From Candidatus Blackburnbacteria bacterium (lineage in GTDB: Bacteria; Patescibacteriota; Microgenomatia; UBA8517; UBA10165): a DNA stretch of 64,000 nucleotides. The position numbers and the translations under genes are program-made. The notes beneath the pieces were generated by a model, which was not told the DNA's origin, did not search any database, and saw nothing but the letters and a program-made list of their open reading frames with translations. The DNA is taken from positions 293,241-357,240 of the forward strand of contig JACPEJ010000001.1 in the NCBI GenBank assembly GCA_016183565.1, written 5' to 3'. Shown here one piece after another: positions 47,248 through 57,093 of the stretch (its first letter is position 1; each line of letters starts with the position of its first letter).

Positions 47248-48099
47248 TTAGGTAATGATGAAAATGTCTTGTTTTGAGTCACTTGTTCCTATGAATTCTC
47301 CTCCTCTACGATAGACTATCTCGAAGGGTTGGCATACGAAACAACCCACCTCTCCTTTTGGACACTTAAAACTTTGAAGTTGTCTTGCGAGTTTCATCCT
47401 TTTTGCAGTTTCGAGGACTTTTTCGTAGGCTTCGCTTGCATTGGGTAATCCAACTTCTTTTGGTGTGTTTTCTCGATCTAGGTACCAGTAACTTGCTTTG
47501 CTGACTTTTCTTTTTTGGAGGTTTGTTGCAAGGAGAAGATAGATGGGTAGTTGTAGAGAGTTTTCATCTTCGTCATGCTTCCCAGTTTTGAAGTCAACAA
47601 CATGGACGCTATCCTCTTCTTGTAGATATTCTAACCAATCGATTTTTCCACAAAGGATGATATTGTCTTTTTCCGATAGTAAGTAGTGTGGAGGGAGCCC
47701 TGAATCTTGTTTAATCTTTATGGCTTTATTGAGGAGCATACCGGGGTTTTCTAAAACTCTTTTTATCATACCCTTACCTCTTTCTTTGTACTCTGACTCC
47801 TCGTTCTCGTTTTTAAACCCTCCCGCTTTTCCTGAGATTTTACTCCACACTTCCTCAAATTGGTTGTGAAGCGATCTGTTAAGTCGCTGTTGGGCAGGTA
47901 GAACTGATAAGGATTCCAGTACGTCATGAACTGCTTGGCCTAAAGCCAGAGGTGGTTGCATTATGCTTATTCGATTGCCTGTTTTTGGGTTTTTGTAAAC
48001 GTGAGCAAGATAGTAGGCGCGCGGACACTGAAGGAACTTTACGATTGATGAGTGCGATACCCAGACAGTAGAATAGGGGTCCCGATTCACAAGCCTCAA
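47248..48099 (-). CDS. Cas4-like / RecB-family PD-(D/E)XK nuclease with 4-Cys (Fe-S) cluster, stand-alone
   Basis: N-terminal Cys in VKFLQCPRAYYL. Motifs IDWLEY and VVDFKTGK (D...D/ExK). QLPIYLLL (QhxxY). C-terminal CPKGEVGCFVC. No CRISPR array nearby. Confidence 0.6.
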   Translation of the reverse strand: MRLVNRDPYSTVWVSHSSIVKFLQCPRAYYLAHVYKNPKTGNRISIMQPPLALGQAVHDVLESLSVLPAQQRLNRSLHNQFEEVWSKISGKAGGFKNENEESEYKERGKGMIKRVLENPGMLLNKAIKIKQDSGLPPHYLLSEKDNIILCGKIDWLEYLQEEDSVHVVDFKTGKHDEDENSLQLPIYLLLATNLQKRKVSKASYWYLDRENTPKEVGLPNASEAYEKVLETAKRMKLARQLQSFKCPKGEVGCFVCQPFEIVYRRGGEFIGTSDSKQDIFIIT

Positions 48100-48250
48100 T
48101 TTACTCTTGGATTAATCAACCGTCAATTGGGTCAAACTGGGTCTTTTTAGTGCATTGACTGGGTGGTTTTAGACCGTTCGGGGAGTAAACAGGTAGACTA
48201 GAACCCCGAGGGCTAATACAACTCGTTTCAAAACTTGTAGATTAGTCTTA

Positions 48251-48451
48251 TTAGATTTTTTGAAACGAGATTGGAGAATTGGTTCTGATTATCATGATTG
48301 GTATTTCATTGTCTGATGTAATCACGACCGGTCTATCGAGCCCAGGCCTGTCATATATTAGATGGTCCCCTTTTGTTCTTTTTAATTTACACCCGATAAA
48401 CTTAAGAAACTTTTCAAATTTTCTTCTTTTGATTGGGGACAGCTGAGGCAT
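48251..48451 (-). CDS. hicA: HicA-family type II toxin (mRNA interferase)
   Basis: FLKFIGCKLKRTKGDHLIYDRPG...PVVIT resembles the HicA KGSHxxY core. 1-nt gap from the upstream hicB-like gene. Confidence 0.65.
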   Translation of the reverse strand: MPQLSPIKRRKFEKFLKFIGCKLKRTKGDHLIYDRPGLDRPVVITSDNEIPIMIIRTNSPISFQKI

Positions 48452-48452
48452 T

Positions 48453-48743
48453 TCAACAAGTTGGGTGGATTGTAAAATCTTGAGTTGCGCTTTCTACTAC
48501 GATTGGAGGGACCCACTCTTTCCTCTGTTTTTGCCAGCCTAGTTCAGACAGGACTTTATTGAGAGTACCCTTTTCTGATAACTCCTCGAGAAATACTTCG
48601 ACAACTTCTGCAAATCTTTTTTTCGCCTGGCCGAATGTTTTTCCTGAAGTGGCAAGATCCAGAGCTGGTGTATAGGCAACATAGTGTTTGCCTTCCTTAA
48701 GGACTAGAACGTGCAGAGAGATGTTGTAGTTTAACTGTGGCAT
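48453..48743 (-). CDS. hicB: HicB-family antitoxin (UPF0150 RNase-H-like fold)
   Basis: VLKEGKHYVAYTPALDLATSGKTFGQAKKRFAEVVEVFLEEL matches the HicB N-domain pattern. TTATACT -10 just upstream. Confidence 0.65.
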   Translation of the reverse strand: MPQLNYNISLHVLVLKEGKHYVAYTPALDLATSGKTFGQAKKRFAEVVEVFLEELSEKGTLNKVLSELGWQKQRKEWVPPIVVESATQDFTIHPTC

Positions 48744-48927
48744 GGTGAGTTTAGTATAACACTGGTTTGTAAGGATTGCATTTTTATCGTACCTGGAACC
48801 CTAATTTAAACCTTTTCCACATGTCTTCGGAGACTACGGAGACCTCCTCGCCGTCTACCCTAATTGCGTCTTGATCGTCGGGAGCATAGAAAGTTAAGGG
48901 TTGGGTTAGAATTTGGTAAGTACGTGG

Positions 48928-49737
48928 CTAATTTTTCTTTTGAAGATTTATCTTAAGCTGGTTAAGCCTTTTTATAGATAGGTCTAGATATTTTTGATTT
49001 ACGTCAATTCCTACAAACTTTCTGCCGTAAAGGTATGCTTCAAGGCCTGTGGTTGAGCTGCCGGTAAAAGGATCAAGGACGAGATCGCCTTGAAGGGTCG
49101 ATGCAAGAATGATTCTTCGCAAAAGTGCTGTGGGTTTTTGAGTTGGGTGTTTTCCAAATTTTTGCTCTTCTGGTCTAACGGAGTTTATTGCCCAAACACT
49201 TCTCATTTGCTCTCCAGGACTTTTTAGAAAATCTTCATTCCAGTTTGCATCTTTTACATATTTGTAATTGAATCTGTGTTTGGCGTTTTTATTTTTCTTT
49301 GCCCAGATGAGGGTTTCGTGGCTTGCTGTAAAAAACCTTTGACTTAAGTTGTAAGGAGCATTGGGTTTATACCACACAATTTCATTTAGTATGTGGAACC
49401 CTAGTTTTTGGAGCGCAAAGCCACAGGTGTGGATTGAGTGATAAGTGCCGCTTACCCAGATAGTGCCGTTGGGCTTTAAAACTCTTTGGCATTCCTTGAG
49501 CCAGGTCCGGTGGAATTCGAAATCTTTCTCTAGTCCTTGGCTCTTGTCCCATCCTCCCTTGTTGACAATTGTTTTGTGTCCAGAGTAAACACTAAATCCG
49601 TTATTTGATAGTCTATATGGAGGATCGACAAAGATAAGATCGAATTGTTCTCCAGTAAAATGGGGTAGTAGTTTTATGCAATCGCCAAGATAGAGTTTGA
49701 AGTTGTTGTTTTCAAAGTATGCTTTTGGCATGCTCAA
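48928..49737 (-). CDS. Beta-class DNA methyltransferase (N6-adenine or N4-cytosine), orphan
   Basis: Motif IV FVDPPY precedes motif I DPFTGSSTTG (beta-class order). ParB-less MTase_D12/N6_N4 family. Confidence 0.85.
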   Translation of the reverse strand: MSMPKAYFENNNFKLYLGDCIKLLPHFTGEQFDLIFVDPPYRLSNNGFSVYSGHKTIVNKGGWDKSQGLEKDFEFHRTWLKECQRVLKPNGTIWVSGTYHSIHTCGFALQKLGFHILNEIVWYKPNAPYNLSQRFFTASHETLIWAKKNKNAKHRFNYKYVKDANWNEDFLKSPGEQMRSVWAINSVRPEEQKFGKHPTQKPTALLRRIILASTLQGDLVLDPFTGSSTTGLEAYLYGRKFVGIDVNQKYLDLSIKRLNQLKINLQKKN

Positions 49738-49745
49738 ATATATAA

Positions 49746-51290
49746 TTGTGTCCAGTTATTGTCAAAGTGATGCTAAAATTAAGTGTGAGGAAAATATTAC
49801 CTTTTGTTGTAATTTTTGGTGTGGTTCTAGCGTTTTATTATCCGGCTCTTTCTACTTTTTTTAGCCAGGATGATTTCTTTCATATTAAGATAAGTCAAAC
49901 TGATGGGAGTATTAAAAGTTTTCTTGGTCTTTTTGGTTTTTACCCTTTTGAAGAAAAAGGGATTGCTTTTTACAGACCGGTTTTTCGTGAACTCTTGTTT
50001 AATGTTTTTTATTCCATTTTTGGTTTAAATCCTTTTCCGTATAGGGTTTTATCTTTTGGAATACATTTTATAAACATTATTCTTGTTTATTGTTTGATCA
50101 AAAGACTTTTTAACAAAACTGCCATTTCTTTGTTTACTGCTTTTTTCTTTAGCATAAGTTCGGCAAACGTTGCGACTTTTTATTACTTCACTGGAGGTAT
50201 ACAGATATTAGGGGCAACAATGTTCATGCTTTTGGCTTTGATTTTGTTTTGGGATTACCTAAAAACAAATAATAAAAATAGGAAGAAGCTTGCATTAGCT
50301 CTATCGATACTTGCACTGGGTTCTCACGAACTTTCTGTTGTTACGCCCGTTTTGTTGTCGGGGATGATTTTCATATTTAAACCTTTTAAGAAGACATTAA
50401 GGCAGATAGTAAAGGACTTGTGGCCGCTTGGAGTTTTAATTATTATATATCTGTGGTTAGAGGTAAATGTAATTGGTTTTTCTAAAGCAGAGGAACAGTA
50501 CCAAACTGTTTTTTCAATTAAAAGAACCCTAAATACTTTATCTTGGTATTATGTTTGGGCGTTAGGATTGCCTGAGATGTTGATAGATTTTGTTTTTCCA
50601 GGGTTGAAGTTAAATCCCAGCCTGATAAGATACTGGGGTGGATATTTTAAAATAATTTTCCCAACTTTTTTTGTATCTACTATAATTTTTTTGTCTTCGT
50701 GTTTTTATTTGCTTTCTAAACACTTTTCTGTTTTAAAAAACAGGCGATTGGTTTTTTTGGTAGTTTGGTTTCCTTTGGTAATGTTGCCTGTTCTTTTATT
50801 GCCACTTCATAAATCCACATATTATCTGATGCCGGCATTGACTGCTTTTTGGGGAGTAGTTGGGTTTATTACCCTTTCAGCCTACTCTTTATTTTCGAAG
50901 AAGTGCCGAATGTTAGGAAGGTTTATATTGGGGGTTCTTTTGGTAGCGCTTTTTCTTTTGTCTGGAACATCTGCGGTTCTTGGTCGAACTACTTATTGGG
51001 CGGCATCTAGGGGTAAAATTGCCGCGGGAATTATTGGGCAAGTGAAATCTCTTTATCCAGATATTCCAAAAGGGAGTGTTTTTTATTTTACTAACGACCC
51101 CTCTTATCCTTTTGTTGCAAAAGATTGGGGAGGGACATCAAAGCAAGCCGCGTTTGTTTTAAATGGAAGTGATGCCTTACAGCTTCTTTACAAAGATCCC
51201 ACTATTCAAGTTTTTTATGAAGATCTAGGTAAACCTTCTTTTTATATTCCTCCGGAGAAGATATATACGCTGGTTGCCAGGATCCGGTAG
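49746..51290 (+). CDS. GT-C-type polytopic membrane protein (PMT/TMTC-like DD motif)
   Basis: FSQDDFFHI motif in the first loop (compare FVWDDEEL in 20317). 12+ TMs. Confidence 0.45.
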   Translation: MCPVIVKVMLKLSVRKILPFVVIFGVVLAFYYPALSTFFSQDDFFHIKISQTDGSIKSFLGLFGFYPFEEKGIAFYRPVFRELLFNVFYSIFGLNPFPYRVLSFGIHFINIILVYCLIKRLFNKTAISLFTAFFFSISSANVATFYYFTGGIQILGATMFMLLALILFWDYLKTNNKNRKKLALALSILALGSHELSVVTPVLLSGMIFIFKPFKKTLRQIVKDLWPLGVLIIIYLWLEVNVIGFSKAEEQYQTVFSIKRTLNTLSWYYVWALGLPEMLIDFVFPGLKLNPSLIRYWGGYFKIIFPTFFVSTIIFLSSCFYLLSKHFSVLKNRRLVFLVVWFPLVMLPVLLLPLHKSTYYLMPALTAFWGVVGFITLSAYSLFSKKCRMLGRFILGVLLVALFLLSGTSAVLGRTTYWAASRGKIAAGIIGQVKSLYPDIPKGSVFYFTNDPSYPFVAKDWGGTSKQAAFVLNGSDALQLLYKDPTIQVFYEDLGKPSFYIPPEKIYTLVARIR

Positions 51291-51305
51291 TGGTACAATC
51301 ATTCT

Positions 51306-52796
51306 GTGGTACAAGTTGAGGCTGCCTCGCATCTTGATTCTGTGGAAGTTTCTTTGGATGTTGTTAAAAAAAGAGCGATTTCTGGTGTATTGACGCTTAC
51401 TGGAAGAACATTTATTTTACAAGCTGTTAATCTTGTGGCGTTTTCCTTGCTCACGGTCTTCTTGGATCCAGTACAGTATGGGTTGTTTTTTTTGATTTCT
51501 GCGGTGGTGAACTTTTTTAATTATTTTTCCGATGTTGGCCTGGCGGCGGCACTTATTCAAAAGAAAGATAGAGTTACAAAAGAGGATTTACGAACAACTT
51601 TTACTGTTCAACAGGTGCTTATTGGGGTTTTGCTGATTGCTGTTTTTTTGCTTACTCCACTGTTTCGTCGATGGTACAACTTAGAAAATGAAGCAGTGTC
51701 TCTTCTTTGGGTACTTGCCTTTTCTTTGTTCTTGTCGTCACTAAAGACAATTCCATCTGTTCTTCTTGAGAGGCGTCTTGATTTTAACAAACTTGTTCTA
51801 CCACAAATAGTTGAAACTATACTTTTTAATGTTGTGGCAGTTTACCTTGCTTGGAAGGGATTTGGCATAACAAGTTTTACTATTGCTGTTTTAGTTAGAG
51901 GGATTTCTGGTCTTGTGTTGATTTATGTACTCCAGCCATGGGTTCCAGGTTTTGGGTTTGCAAAAGACTCTCTTAAGGGCTTGTTGCGATTTGGACTTCC
52001 TTATCAGGTAAATACATTTTTGGCACTTCTGAAGGATGATGGAATTACAATAGTGTTAGGGGGAATATTAGGACCTGCGGGAGTTGGACTGTTGGGCTGG
52101 GCACAGAAATGGGCTTTTGCTCCTTTGCGTTTTTTTATGGATCAGGTTATAAAAGTCACTTTTCCTGCGTTTTCTAGGATGCAGGATGGCAAGGAGGCTT
52201 TAATTCGAGCTGTTTCTCATGCAATCTTTTTTGTCTGTTTTTTAGTTTTTCCATCTTTGGTGGGTCTTTTGACTGTTGCGCCACTTTTGACGGAAATTAT
52301 TCCTCGGTATGAAAAGTGGCAGCCGGCGCTTGTTGCATTGGGGCTTTTTGGTGTTAACGCTGCCTTTGCTGCTATTACAACCCCCTTGACTAATATGTTT
52401 AGTGCAATTGGGAAAATAACTACTACGTTTCGGTTGATGATTATGTGGACTATTTTGACTTGGCTTTCTGTTCCGATACTGGCTATAAAGATGGGAGTTA
52501 ATGGAGCTGCTTGGGGAGCTGCCCTTGTTGGCTCAAGTTCGATAGTTGCTATTTGGATTGCTTATCGAGTTGTTCGGTTTAATTTTCTCTCTTCGGTTGG
52601 CAAGCCCTTTCTTGCGTCCGTCGTTATGGGTTTGGCTGTTTTGACTGCTCGTTCTGTACTTCCTGTTTCTGGTTATTCGGTAGCTGTAATTATTTTTTTG
52701 GGTATGTCTATATATAGTATAGTGAGTTTTGTTTTGATTGGGCCTACTTTGGTTTTGGATGCCAGAAAGGTTTGGAATGCGGTTCTTAAGAAGTGA
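51306..52796 (+). CDS. Wzx-like polysaccharide/oligosaccharide flippase (MOP/PST family)
   Basis: 496 aa, 12-14 TMs, typical PST-family topology and charged loops. Confidence 0.75.
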   Translation: MVQVEAASHLDSVEVSLDVVKKRAISGVLTLTGRTFILQAVNLVAFSLLTVFLDPVQYGLFFLISAVVNFFNYFSDVGLAAALIQKKDRVTKEDLRTTFTVQQVLIGVLLIAVFLLTPLFRRWYNLENEAVSLLWVLAFSLFLSSLKTIPSVLLERRLDFNKLVLPQIVETILFNVVAVYLAWKGFGITSFTIAVLVRGISGLVLIYVLQPWVPGFGFAKDSLKGLLRFGLPYQVNTFLALLKDDGITIVLGGILGPAGVGLLGWAQKWAFAPLRFFMDQVIKVTFPAFSRMQDGKEALIRAVSHAIFFVCFLVFPSLVGLLTVAPLLTEIIPRYEKWQPALVALGLFGVNAAFAAITTPLTNMFSAIGKITTTFRLMIMWTILTWLSVPILAIKMGVNGAAWGAALVGSSSIVAIWIAYRVVRFNFLSSVGKPFLASVVMGLAVLTARSVLPVSGYSVAVIIFLGMSIYSIVSFVLIGPTLVLDARKVWNAVLKK

Positions 52797-54480
52797 TTTT
52801 TCAGCAATATGCTTGGTTCTCCTCGGCTCTCTTGTATGGAGCCTTACTATGGTTAAGAGCGGTTGGGTTTACTCTTTTGGTATGGGGTTTTGGGGACCGA
52901 ATGGACACGATGGTGTTTGGCATTTGGCGCTTATTAATCATCTGGCTAAAAATTCTTTTCAGATGCCTGTTTTTGCAGGTGAAGTTTTGAAAAATTACCA
53001 CATTGGTTTTGATTTGTTACTAGCTCTGATTTATAAACTTACGCGTGTGCCTGTCAATATCCTGTACTTTCAGTTAATCCCTGTTTTTATAGCGGTTTCG
53101 ACTGGGGTATTAACGTACAAGTTCACCTATTTTTGGAGAAAATCCAATATTCAGGCATTTTGGGCAACTTTCTTTGTTTACTTTGGTGGAAGTTTTGGAC
53201 CATTTGTTACTCTAGCAAGAAGTGGAGAAATTGGTGGGGAGTCTATGTTTTGGGCTCAACAGTCTATCTCGACTTTGTTGAATCCTTCTTTTGCGCTTTC
53301 GTTTATTCTTTTATTAGCAGGACTGTTTATTTTATTGAAGTACGAGAGCCAACGGACAAGCAAGTTGTTGTTTTTAGCAGTTGTAGTTTTTGGGATTTTA
53401 GGACAAGTAAAAGTATATGCGGGTATTCTTTCGTTAGGGGCTCTTTTTATGGCTGGTGTTTTTCAGTTTTTGAAAGATAAGCGATTTGAATATTTAAAAG
53501 TTTTTGTTGGGTCCAGTGTATTTTTTGTACTTTTGTTTATTCCCTTAAACAGGAGTTCTTCGTCTCTTGTAGTTTTTCAACCATTTTGGTTTTTGGAAAC
53601 GATGATGGCAGTCTCTGATCGCTTTAGTTGGCCGAAGTTTTATGAGGCGATGATAAATTATCGGTTTGGAAATATTTGGTACAAGGCGTTTCCTGCATAT
53701 GTTATTGCATTTCTTATTTTTTGGATTGGGAATATGGGCACTAGGTTAATTAATGTATTTGCGGTTTTGGAGTGGGTAAAAAATCCTAAAAAGTTACTGC
53801 CGATTGAGATTTTTGTTTTGACAGTTATTGTTGCCGGGGTTATTTTTCCTATGCTATTTCTTCAGCGTGGAACTCCTTGGAATACAATTCAATTCTTTTA
53901 TTATTCCTTAATGCTTTCAGGTATCCTTGCCGGAATTGCCTTTGGGAATTGGGTTGACAAGAAAAGCAGTAGTGTGAGGAAAGCGAGTATAGTACTCTTG
54001 CTTGTTCTGACATTGCCGACTACTTATGCAACTCTTAAGCACTACTTGCCTTCACGTCCGCCGGCTAAATTATCTCAGGGCGAACTTGAGGCACTAAACT
54101 TTTTACGCAAACAGAAAGACGGTGTTGTTCTTACTTATCCGTTTGATTCTCATGCTTCTTCGGAGGCAGTTTCTAATCCTCCGAGGCCGCTTTATCTTTA
54201 TGAGTCGACTGCCTATGTTGCTGCTTTCTCTGGAAAGTCGGTTTTTCTTGAGGATGAGGTTAATTTAAATATCACTGGGTATGATTGGCGATCCCGACGC
54301 GAACAGACAGAGACATTTTTAGAGAGTTTGGATCAAGGAGAAGTAAGAAAATTCCTTGGAGAGAATGATATACGTTATATATATTGGATTGGGAAGCAGC
54401 GAGCAAGGTTGGGGGAAACTCAGCTGGGGATTACGCAAATTTTTGAAAACAAGGAAGTAAAGATTTACCAAGTTAACTAA
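52738..54480 (+). CDS. Large polytopic membrane protein with C-terminal soluble domain; candidate polymerase/ligase or GT-C
   Basis: 580 aa. N-terminal GFWGPNGHDGVWHLALINHL loop, 12+ TMs, in the glycan cluster next to Wzx. Confidence 0.4.
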   Translation: MGLLWFWMPERFGMRFLRSDFSAICLVLLGSLVWSLTMVKSGWVYSFGMGFWGPNGHDGVWHLALINHLAKNSFQMPVFAGEVLKNYHIGFDLLLALIYKLTRVPVNILYFQLIPVFIAVSTGVLTYKFTYFWRKSNIQAFWATFFVYFGGSFGPFVTLARSGEIGGESMFWAQQSISTLLNPSFALSFILLLAGLFILLKYESQRTSKLLFLAVVVFGILGQVKVYAGILSLGALFMAGVFQFLKDKRFEYLKVFVGSSVFFVLLFIPLNRSSSSLVVFQPFWFLETMMAVSDRFSWPKFYEAMINYRFGNIWYKAFPAYVIAFLIFWIGNMGTRLINVFAVLEWVKNPKKLLPIEIFVLTVIVAGVIFPMLFLQRGTPWNTIQFFYYSLMLSGILAGIAFGNWVDKKSSSVRKASIVLLLVLTLPTTYATLKHYLPSRPPAKLSQGELEALNFLRKQKDGVVLTYPFDSHASSEAVSNPPRPLYLYESTAYVAAFSGKSVFLEDEVNLNITGYDWRSRREQTETFLESLDQGEVRKFLGENDIRYIYWIGKQRARLGETQLGITQIFENKEVKIYQVN

Positions 54481-54490
54481 TTAGGCTACA

Positions 54491-55408
54491 ATGGCATATC
54501 AAATGGCAAAAATTTCAGTTGTAATAAATACAAGAAATGAAGAGAATAACCTCCCGCGTGCACTTGCTTCAGTTAGAAAATTGGCCGATGAGATTGTGGT
54601 TGTGGATATGGAGTCTTCAGATAAAACTGTTGAGATAGCAAAAGAAGAAGGAGCTAGGGTATGGAACCATCCGCAACTTGGATATGTTGAACCGGCAAGG
54701 AATTTTGCAATTGGGAAAGCTGTTGGAGATTGGATTTTAATACTTGATGCGGATGAGGAGATTGGACCAACTCTTATTAAAAAGTTGAGGGAAATTGTCT
54801 CAAAGAAGAAATCAGCAGACTTTTACCGTTTACCTCGGAAGAATTTGATTTTTGGTAAGTGGATAAGGCATGCAAGATGGTGGCCGGATTATAACATTAG
54901 GTTTTTTAAAAGAGGTGTAGTTTCTTGGAGCGAGATTATTCATTCTGTACCTGAGACCCATGTGGAAGGGATGGACCTGTTGGCACAGGAGAAGTTTGCT
55001 ATTATTCATCACAATTATACGACTGTTTCTCAGTACTTGGAGAGGATGATGCGGTATACAGATATACAGGCAAAGTTTCAGGTAAAAGATGGGTATGTTT
55101 TTGCGTGGCAGGATTTGATTAAAAGACCGGCAAGTGAATTTATTAGTCGCTTTTTTGCAGGTGGGGGTTATAAAGATGGAACACATGGACTTGTCTTGGG
55201 TATTTTGCAGGCTTTTTCGGAAGCAGTGGTGTGTGTAAGAGTGTGGGAGATTCAGAAATTCAGGGATATGCCCATAAAAGATGAAGATCTAAACAAAGAA
55301 TTGAATAAGATTGCTTTGGAATTTGATCATTGGCTAATACAAACAGGCATGAAGACGTATACTTTAACGAATCGCTTCTTAAGAAAACTTCTGAGTACCG
55401 GAAACTAA
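54491..55408 (+). CDS. GT2 glycosyltransferase
   Basis: SVVINTRNEENNL...VVDMESSD...DADEE motifs. Confidence 0.85.
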   Translation: MAYQMAKISVVINTRNEENNLPRALASVRKLADEIVVVDMESSDKTVEIAKEEGARVWNHPQLGYVEPARNFAIGKAVGDWILILDADEEIGPTLIKKLREIVSKKKSADFYRLPRKNLIFGKWIRHARWWPDYNIRFFKRGVVSWSEIIHSVPETHVEGMDLLAQEKFAIIHHNYTTVSQYLERMMRYTDIQAKFQVKDGYVFAWQDLIKRPASEFISRFFAGGGYKDGTHGLVLGILQAFSEAVVCVRVWEIQKFRDMPIKDEDLNKELNKIALEFDHWLIQTGMKTYTLTNRFLRKLLSTGN

Positions 55409-55414
55409 TCTAAT

Positions 55415-56335
55415 ATGATTAAAGTTTTTGCTGTTATCCTAAATTGGAACAGAAAGCAGGATACTATTGAATGTCTCGAGAGTATTAAAAAGTTAACTAT
55501 TTCTGGTTTTCAGTTTTCGGTTGTAGTTGTAGACAATGGTTCGATGGATGGATCTTGGGAGGTTCTTCAGTCTATCAAACTGCCGAGGATAGATTATCAC
55601 TTTATAGAAAACAAAGAGAATCTTGGGTATGCTGGGGGAAATAATGTTGGAATGAAGTATGCGCTTGACGCGGGGGCTGATTATGTTTTGGTGCTTAACA
55701 ACGATACTATTGTTAGTAGGGATTTAGTTGCCAATTTTTTGAATGCTGCAGAAGAACATAAAGAAGTGGGGATATTTTCACCCAAGATCTATTTTGCTCC
55801 TGGGTTTGAGTTTCATCAGGAAAGATACAAGAAGGATGAAACCGGAAGAGTTATTTGGTATGCAGGTGGTAAGTTTGATTGGAAGAATATTTTAGGGACA
55901 AACAGGGGGGTGGATGAGGTTGATAAAGGGCAATATAACAAGAGGATCAAGATAGATTTTGCCACAGGTGCATGTATGTTTATACGAAGAGAGTTGTTGG
56001 AGGCAGTGGGGTTATTTGATGAGAAGTATTTTTTGTATCTCGAGGATGTTGATCTTTCTAGTAGAGCAAAAAGACACAACTGGAAAATACTTTATTTGCC
56101 TAAAGCCCAACTTTGGCATAAAGTTTCTAGAAGTTCTGGTATTGGCAGTCAATTGAATGATTATTATATAACTCGTAACCGTCTCTTGTTTGGCAGGCGG
56201 TATGCTTCCTTCAGAGCTAAAATTGCATTGTTTCGTGAAGCTTTAGTGTTGCTTGTTTTTGGGCGAGAGTGGCAAAAGATTGGTGTTGCTGATTTTCTTT
56301 TGGGAAAGTTTGGTAGAGGCAGTTATTCTCCATGA
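55415..56335 (+). CDS. GT2 glycosyltransferase (rhamnosyltransferase WbbL-like)
   Basis: AVILNWNRKQDT...VVVDNGSMDGS...NNDT motifs. Confidence 0.85.
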   Translation: MIKVFAVILNWNRKQDTIECLESIKKLTISGFQFSVVVVDNGSMDGSWEVLQSIKLPRIDYHFIENKENLGYAGGNNVGMKYALDAGADYVLVLNNDTIVSRDLVANFLNAAEEHKEVGIFSPKIYFAPGFEFHQERYKKDETGRVIWYAGGKFDWKNILGTNRGVDEVDKGQYNKRIKIDFATGACMFIRRELLEAVGLFDEKYFLYLEDVDLSSRAKRHNWKILYLPKAQLWHKVSRSSGIGSQLNDYYITRNRLLFGRRYASFRAKIALFREALVLLVFGREWQKIGVADFLLGKFGRGSYSP

Positions 56336-57093
56336 AGACCAATGTGTCTGTGATTATTATTGCCAAAAATGCTGCAGATAAAATAGGTGATGCGATAGAT
56401 TCTGCAAAGGGTTTAACTTCTGATGTAGTTGTACTGGAGGGCGGTTCAGTCGATCAAACAGTTATGGTGTCTAAGAGTCATAATGCTCGTGTTGTAAAAC
56501 AGACTGGAAAGAATTTTTCGGAGTGGAGAAATCAGGGTATGGAAATATCTAAGGCCCCTTGGGTTCTTTATCTAGATCATGATGAGCGATTGATACCAGA
56601 GCTCAAGACGGAGGTAGAGAAACAGATAGAGGGCAGCAAGTTTGTGGCTTATGCTATACCAAGAAGGAATTTTATTTTAGGGAGAGAGTTTAAACATGGA
56701 GGTGAGTGGCCAGATTACCAACAACGATTGTTTTTTAGGGAAAGGTTTAAGAGGTGGGAAAAAGAATTACACGAGGAACCTCGGTTTGAGGGTAAACTTG
56801 GGTATCTTAAAAGCCCACTTATTCACTTGAAGCATGATAGTATTTCTGAGATGGTGGAGAAAACTAACAATTGGTCTGAAGTTGAGGCAAAACTACTTTT
56901 TGGGGCGAAGCATCCTCGGATGTCTTGGTGGAGATTTATACGGATTATGCTGATGGAGTTGTGGGATAGGTTGATATTGAAAAAAGGGATTTTAGATGGC
57001 GGAGAAGGGGTGGTATATTCACTTTATCAAATGTGGAGTAGGTATTTGACATATGCTAAATTGTGGGAAATACAACAAGGAGGTGGTAGGTGA
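56332..57093 (+). CDS. GT2 glycosyltransferase
   Basis: SVIIIAKNAADKI...YLDHDE motifs. Confidence 0.8.
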   Translation: MKTNVSVIIIAKNAADKIGDAIDSAKGLTSDVVVLEGGSVDQTVMVSKSHNARVVKQTGKNFSEWRNQGMEISKAPWVLYLDHDERLIPELKTEVEKQIEGSKFVAYAIPRRNFILGREFKHGGEWPDYQQRLFFRERFKRWEKELHEEPRFEGKLGYLKSPLIHLKHDSISEMVEKTNNWSEVEAKLLFGAKHPRMSWWRFIRIMLMELWDRLILKKGILDGGEGVVYSLYQMWSRYLTYAKLWEIQQGGGR

